A stretch of 64,000 bases of DNA. Origin: Amoebophrya sp. A120 (Eukaryota; Protista; Dinoflagellata). Location: the NCBI GenBank assembly GCA_905178155.1, contig CAJINV010000005.1, forward strand, positions 9,021,222 through 9,085,221. The letters are read 5' to 3'. Of this stretch, positions 63,901-64,000 are shown in pieces (the first letter of the stretch is position 1; every line of letters begins with the position of its first letter). Made by a program: the position numbers and the translations under genes. The notes beneath the pieces were generated by a model. That model searched no databases and was not told the origin of the DNA. It worked only from the letters and a program-made list of their open reading frames with translations.

Positions 63901-64000
63901 TTCCGGAGAGAAAGCAGCACGCCACCCACTCCGTGTCTTCATCGTTTAGTCCCGGACACTTTTCCTGGACAATTTGCAGCAGTTCCTCCTTGGTTTTGTT
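57959..64000 (-). mobile_element. Ty1/Copia LTR retrotransposon pol ORF (integrase-RT-RNase H), open to the window edge
   Basis: Integrase YVLDTCTR...KIERMN; RT KSRWVSRGF, DFKEAFL, IYGCKDAP, SHVDD; RNase H CADAS, TDSRN, NWTDALTK. Copia domain order. LTR boundaries not identifiable. Confidence 0.92.

Overview
This is eukaryotic genomic DNA. It is most consistent with the parasitic dinoflagellate Amoebophrya (A120-like), inferred from the TAT-initiated inverted-repeat/direct-repeat introner elements. All recognisable host genes are on the minus strand: RPB7-like, GAS8/DRC4, RPL29, two coiled-coil proteins, a mucin-like membrane protein, a very large unknown protein and others. They are interrupted by at least 62 MITE-like elements of 142-479 bp with terminal inverted repeats (TAT...ATA) and 5-bp direct repeats (DR). 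Removing one element plus one DR copy restores the reading frame at every junction I translated, without GT-AG ends, so these are non-canonical introns. Most six-frame ORFs are artefacts of these repeats. Further observations: DR mismatches are mostly synonymous; the same element sits as an intron in both orientations; a GCAT(C/G/T)ACAAA motif is dense in introns; short-repeat-tailed retro-fragments are inserted at that motif inside introners; GAS8 introns and the RPL29 upstream region hold tandem C/D and H/ACA snoRNA arrays; and a Copia pol ORF with extra domains runs off the right end. All of this comes from manual reading, with no database searches or RNA data.
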